Shown piece after piece: positions 16,724 to 20,069 of a DNA stretch of 20,069 nucleotides. Position 1 is the first letter of the stretch; each line of letters begins with the position of its first letter. The DNA lies in assembly GCA_049472335.1 (NCBI GenBank), contig JBLIRO010000080.1:1-20069 (forward strand). Reading direction: 5' to 3'. Position numbers and translations under genes: made by a program. This DNA is from a bacterium (lineage in GTDB: Bacteria; SZUA-182; DTGQ01; JAFGSM01). The notes under the pieces were generated by a model. It was not told the DNA's origin, made no database searches, and was given only the letters and a program-made list of their open reading frames with translations.

Positions 16724-17330
16724 TATATTTATACGATTATAAATTTTATCAAGTATATATTCAACATTACTTTTTAAGTTAATTTCTAAAGGACTTATCC
16801 ATATAAATAATAAATAACATTTAATAACCTAATTATGATATATTAACCATCTAGCATAAATTTCCGCCATTGCCCAATGAACAGATTATTAGATATTATT
16901 TATTATTTTTTATTGAACTTTATGTTTAATTAATTGATTCATATTATCTTATTAGATATTTACAAACCATAAATCGATCAGGGAGGTGAATTCTTATAGC
17001 AGTTGCCAAGCATCAATCATTAATGAAAAAATTCTATTGCCAACCATTGTGACATTGGCCTTTTATATCCGATCTGGAATCAGAAAAGCGCTATGTCTTA
17101 ATACATTCCCTCATGAGTCGATTTTTGATGCCGTTTCTGATTTGAAATCGCACAAATCTTACCTCATCCGACTCGACAAAAGTGGATTTTCAAAGTCCTT
17201 TTGATCCAATTTTATACTGAGCAAATCTCTTACTAAATCCCTGGCTTATTTCACAGTGTGCTTATTTAAAATTTGTTGCTTATAGCGTTTATTTTATTAA
17301 ACCTTTTTCACAAGGAGGTGGATTTATACG

Positions 17331-17366
17331 ATGATTAAGAGAATAGGAAGAGGTGTTCCAAACTAA
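17331..17366 (+). CDS. Possible 11-aa upstream ORF MIKRIGRGVPN
   Basis: Strong SD AAGGAGGTG (17312-17320), ATG 10 nt downstream, TAA at 17364-17366, 36 nt before the first array gene. Confidence 0.3.
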   Translation: MIKRIGRGVPN

Positions 17367-17402
17367 AGAAAAACAAAGAAATGAACGGAGGGATAGATCA
17401 AT

Positions 17403-17981
17403 ATGTTACAGAATTGTAAAAAACTAATATTATTAATGACCTTCATTACGGCCATATCCCTTTTTTTTACAGTTGGCATCCAAGCCCAGTATTGGACTAT
17501 CATGCCGCCTTACAATGTGTTATGGCCCCTCTGGTCTCCCGGTTTATCACCTATTGATCCTGTAACAGGCCTCACAACGCCTTTAGTCAGCTCACTTACC
17601 AGAAATACCATTCTTCCGGTCCAGCCCGGCCTGGTCTGGGACCCCTGTCAGCCTGTACCTTTTCTTTTATATAATACACCACCGCTCTTTGGATCAGGAC
17701 TCTTATATTACCATGAAGCTTATGGAATAAATCCCTGGCCTCCCAGTTATATGCTCGATCCTCTTACTGGCGCGCCGGCTCCGATTCCTTTGCCGTTGGC
17801 TCCAACCCTGTTGTCACCATACGCATCAGGCGAATGGGAGTACTATGTCCCCATGGCCAATATCTTTTATGCCCTTACCTTCGGACTCAGCGGGCCTGAA
17901 TTTTTAAGTCTCTTACAGCCCTTTGATATCTGGGGGCCGGTGACGCGCACCGGTGTCCCTCTTACACCCATTATTTTGTAA
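17403..17981 (+). CDS. Secreted proline-rich protein, PPYNxLWPLWS family, copy 1
   Basis: RBS GGAGGG; Sec signal ending IQA|Q; clear homology to the three downstream ORFs. Confidence 0.88.
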   Translation: MLQNCKKLILLMTFITAISLFFTVGIQAQYWTIMPPYNVLWPLWSPGLSPIDPVTGLTTPLVSSLTRNTILPVQPGLVWDPCQPVPFLLYNTPPLFGSGLLYYHEAYGINPWPPSYMLDPLTGAPAPIPLPLAPTLLSPYASGEWEYYVPMANIFYALTFGLSGPEFLSLLQPFDIWGPVTRTGVPLTPIIL

Positions 17982-18065
17982 GTGTTATGTACAGGGAGGA
18001 TATCGGTTTGTGAATAAATAATCCCTGACACTGGGGATTGATAGATTGAGAAGGGAGAAAATATT

Positions 18066-18641
18066 ATGCATAAAAAAAGATGGAATATATTTTTAATAAT
18101 GATTTTGACCATTCTGACGGTTTTTATATTTTTCTCTTATTCACAGGCAGACTATTGGACCGCCTTACCGCCTTATAATGTATTATGGCCATTGTGGTCT
18201 CCGGCACTGTCTCCTCCGGACCCGATTACAGGCGTGCCTACACCTCTGGTCAACGCCCTGACAAGAATGACAATACTTCCGGTTCAGCCGGCCATGATAT
18301 GGGACCCTGCCTCACCGGAGGCGAATAACGGGCCTTTGCCATGGCTGGCCTATAATGCTCCCCTCGCCTTTGGAGGCGGTCTGATGATCTGGGACCAATA
18401 TTACGGGATGAGACCATTTCCCCCGGAATATATGCTGGACCCTTTGACGGGCGGACCTGTCCCTATTCCCCTTCCCCTGTCCTACTGGCTTTTAAGACCG
18501 ATCGAGTTCGAAGAGATAAATGCCTATCATTTTATCCTGGGAAACCTTGTTTATGCCAATACATACGGGGTGCCGCTTGCTAATCTGCTCACTCCGCAAC
18601 AATTCTGGGGGCTGCCTGACCTGACTGTCGGAATATATTAA
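18066..18641 (+). CDS. Secreted proline-rich protein, PPYNxLWPLWS family, copy 2
   Basis: RBS AGGGAG; signal ending SQA|D; motifs PPYNVLWPLWSP, DPITG, TILPVQP, DPLTG. Confidence 0.88.
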   Translation: MHKKRWNIFLIMILTILTVFIFFSYSQADYWTALPPYNVLWPLWSPALSPPDPITGVPTPLVNALTRMTILPVQPAMIWDPASPEANNGPLPWLAYNAPLAFGGGLMIWDQYYGMRPFPPEYMLDPLTGGPVPIPLPLSYWLLRPIEFEEINAYHFILGNLVYANTYGVPLANLLTPQQFWGLPDLTVGIY

Positions 18642-18729
18642 GTTTGTTTTATCTTAGGTTTTGATTTTACAGAAAGCAATAGATTATTTTGATTTTTCTT
18701 GACAAATGAATGATAGGACAAGGAGGTAA

Positions 18730-19305
18730 ATGATGCGAAAAAGAAGTCTGTTCTTTATTTTAATAATCTTGATGATCTGGGGATTATTAATTGCACCGCC
18801 TATCCAGGCTCAGGATTGGGCAATAATGCCCCCCTATAATCTTCTCTGGCCTCTCTGGTCCCAGGTCTATTCACCCCCTGATCCGGTTACCGGTCTTCCC
18901 ACTCCCCTGTTGAGCGAAGTCACGAACAGCACCATACTGCCGGTTCAACCGGCTTATCTCTTCAATCCCAATGGATTTGAGCTGCCCATGGGATATATTA
19001 ATCCGTGGCTTCTATACAATTCGCCAGGTGGAGTAGTGTATTACGATGTCTTTTTTGGATTAAATCCCTTTCCGCCTCCAGAATTACTGGATCCGATAAC
19101 AGGAGCGCCATCCCCTATCCCGTTACCGTTAAACTGGTCTTCTCTTGCCATTCCACCCCTTTCACTGGCCCTTTATCTTTTTGAATTGAGCAACCTGTAT
19201 TATATGATTGGTTACGGAAACAACCTTGGAGTGGATCCGTTATCTCTGCTGACCTTTTATGATGTATATGGAACTCCGGGGGTTTTGACTCCGCTTGGAT
19301 GGTAA
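18730..19305 (+). CDS. Secreted proline-rich protein, PPYNxLWPLWS family, copy 3 (most divergent)
   Basis: RBS AAGGAGGT; signal ending IQA|Q; motifs PPYNLLWPLWS, DPVTG, TILPVQP, DPITG. Confidence 0.88.
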   Translation: MMRKRSLFFILIILMIWGLLIAPPIQAQDWAIMPPYNLLWPLWSQVYSPPDPVTGLPTPLLSEVTNSTILPVQPAYLFNPNGFELPMGYINPWLLYNSPGGVVYYDVFFGLNPFPPPELLDPITGAPSPIPLPLNWSSLAIPPLSLALYLFELSNLYYMIGYGNNLGVDPLSLLTFYDVYGTPGVLTPLGW

Positions 19306-19415
19306 ATTAAAAAAATTATATTTTATTAGGAGAATATATATGGATTATTGAATAAACTTTATAGTTTTTTAACAAAGAATAATAAAGGGCGATAATATAG
19401 CGAATGAGGTGAATT

Positions 19416-20003
19416 ATGTATAGAACGAAAAAATCATTCATTATATTCAACATATTAATCTTTGTATTTATATTTGTGACAATAGCGGGTTTCATTGTCA
19501 CGATACAGGCGCAATATTGGACACCCCTTCCACCCTATAACGTTCTATGGCCTCTCTGGTCACCGGTCTTATCACCTGTCGATCCGATTACAGGTTTAGC
19601 CACCCCCTTAGTAACTTCCTTAACCAGAAACACGATACTCCCGACACAACCAGGTCTGGCCTGGGATCCTTGCCAGCCTGGTGTGGAAGCATTTCCATGG
19701 TTGCTTTATAATACTCCACTCGCCTTTGGGGGTGGATTAACATACTGGGATGTCTATTATGGTATGAATCCATGGCCACCGGAGTATATGTTGGATCCTG
19801 TTACCGGCGCCCCAATAACTATCGCCTTGCCTTTAGGCTGGACACTCCTGTTGCCCACAAGCTTATCGCACTTTGGTTGGTTCGTCCCCTTGTCTAATGC
19901 CATTTTCTCTTATCGCTATGGAGTTCCTATAGCAGACTTATTGACTACGGCAGATATCTGGGGATTCACACCCCTGGCTGCTTTACCTCCACCTATAATT
20001 TAG
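19416..20003 (+). CDS. Secreted proline-rich protein, PPYNxLWPLWS family, copy 4
   Basis: RBS GAGGTG; signal ending IQA|Q; motifs PPYNVLWPLWSP, DPITG, TILPTQP, DPVTG. Confidence 0.88.
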   Translation: MYRTKKSFIIFNILIFVFIFVTIAGFIVTIQAQYWTPLPPYNVLWPLWSPVLSPVDPITGLATPLVTSLTRNTILPTQPGLAWDPCQPGVEAFPWLLYNTPLAFGGGLTYWDVYYGMNPWPPEYMLDPVTGAPITIALPLGWTLLLPTSLSHFGWFVPLSNAIFSYRYGVPIADLLTTADIWGFTPLAALPPPII

Positions 20004-20017
20004 TAAAGGAGTAGATT

Positions 20018-20069
20018 ATGTTTAAAAAGAACTATTTGATTTTATTGTTGTGTTTTTCCATTATAATGG
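20018..20069 (+). CDS. 5' end of a further secreted protein (possibly copy 5), truncated by the window edge
   Basis: RBS AAGGAG, ATG at 20018. MFKKNYLILLLCFSIIM... has the basic n-region and hydrophobic h-region seen in the array signal peptides. Confidence 0.6.
   Translation, partial: MFKKNYLILLLCFSIIM

Noticed and set aside
16986..17204. 72-aa ORF starting at GTG
   Set aside because: The GTG is part of the SD-like GGAGGTG itself, and the product has no recognisable features.
17403..20003. Array proteins as RiPP precursors, lipoproteins or PEP-CTERM/sortase substrates
   Set aside because: No modifying enzymes are adjacent in the window. There is no lipobox Cys at the cleavage site and no C-terminal TM segment with a basic tail.

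Overview
This AT-rich bacterial window has three blocks. (1) 1-3303 is the distal end of an integron-type cassette array with no integrase in the window. It holds a DUF4160/DUF2442 putative toxin-antitoxin pair, a SAM methyltransferase, a GNAT acetyltransferase, an alpha/beta hydrolase and an internally deleted second copy of the TA cassette. The genes are separated by one canonical attC site and several decayed ones, and a multi-module TPM/membrane/zinc-finger gene follows. (2) 5304-16344 (minus strand) encodes a NamZ-family muramidase and an FG-GAP repeat protein, then an aryl-polyene/flexirubin-like lipid locus: MMPL exporter, GT2, polysaccharide deacetylase, LolA-like protein, an active ketosynthase and an inactive CLF-like ketosynthase. 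A small heptamer-repeat palindromic element is inserted in this locus. (3) 16345-20069 is a ~1 kb divergent intergenic region with a perfect sigma70 promoter, followed by a tandem array of at least four (probably five or more) paralogous secreted, proline/aromatic-rich, lysine-free proteins (PPYNxLWPLWS motif) of a family I do not recognise. All calls come from reading motifs by eye; no searches were run.
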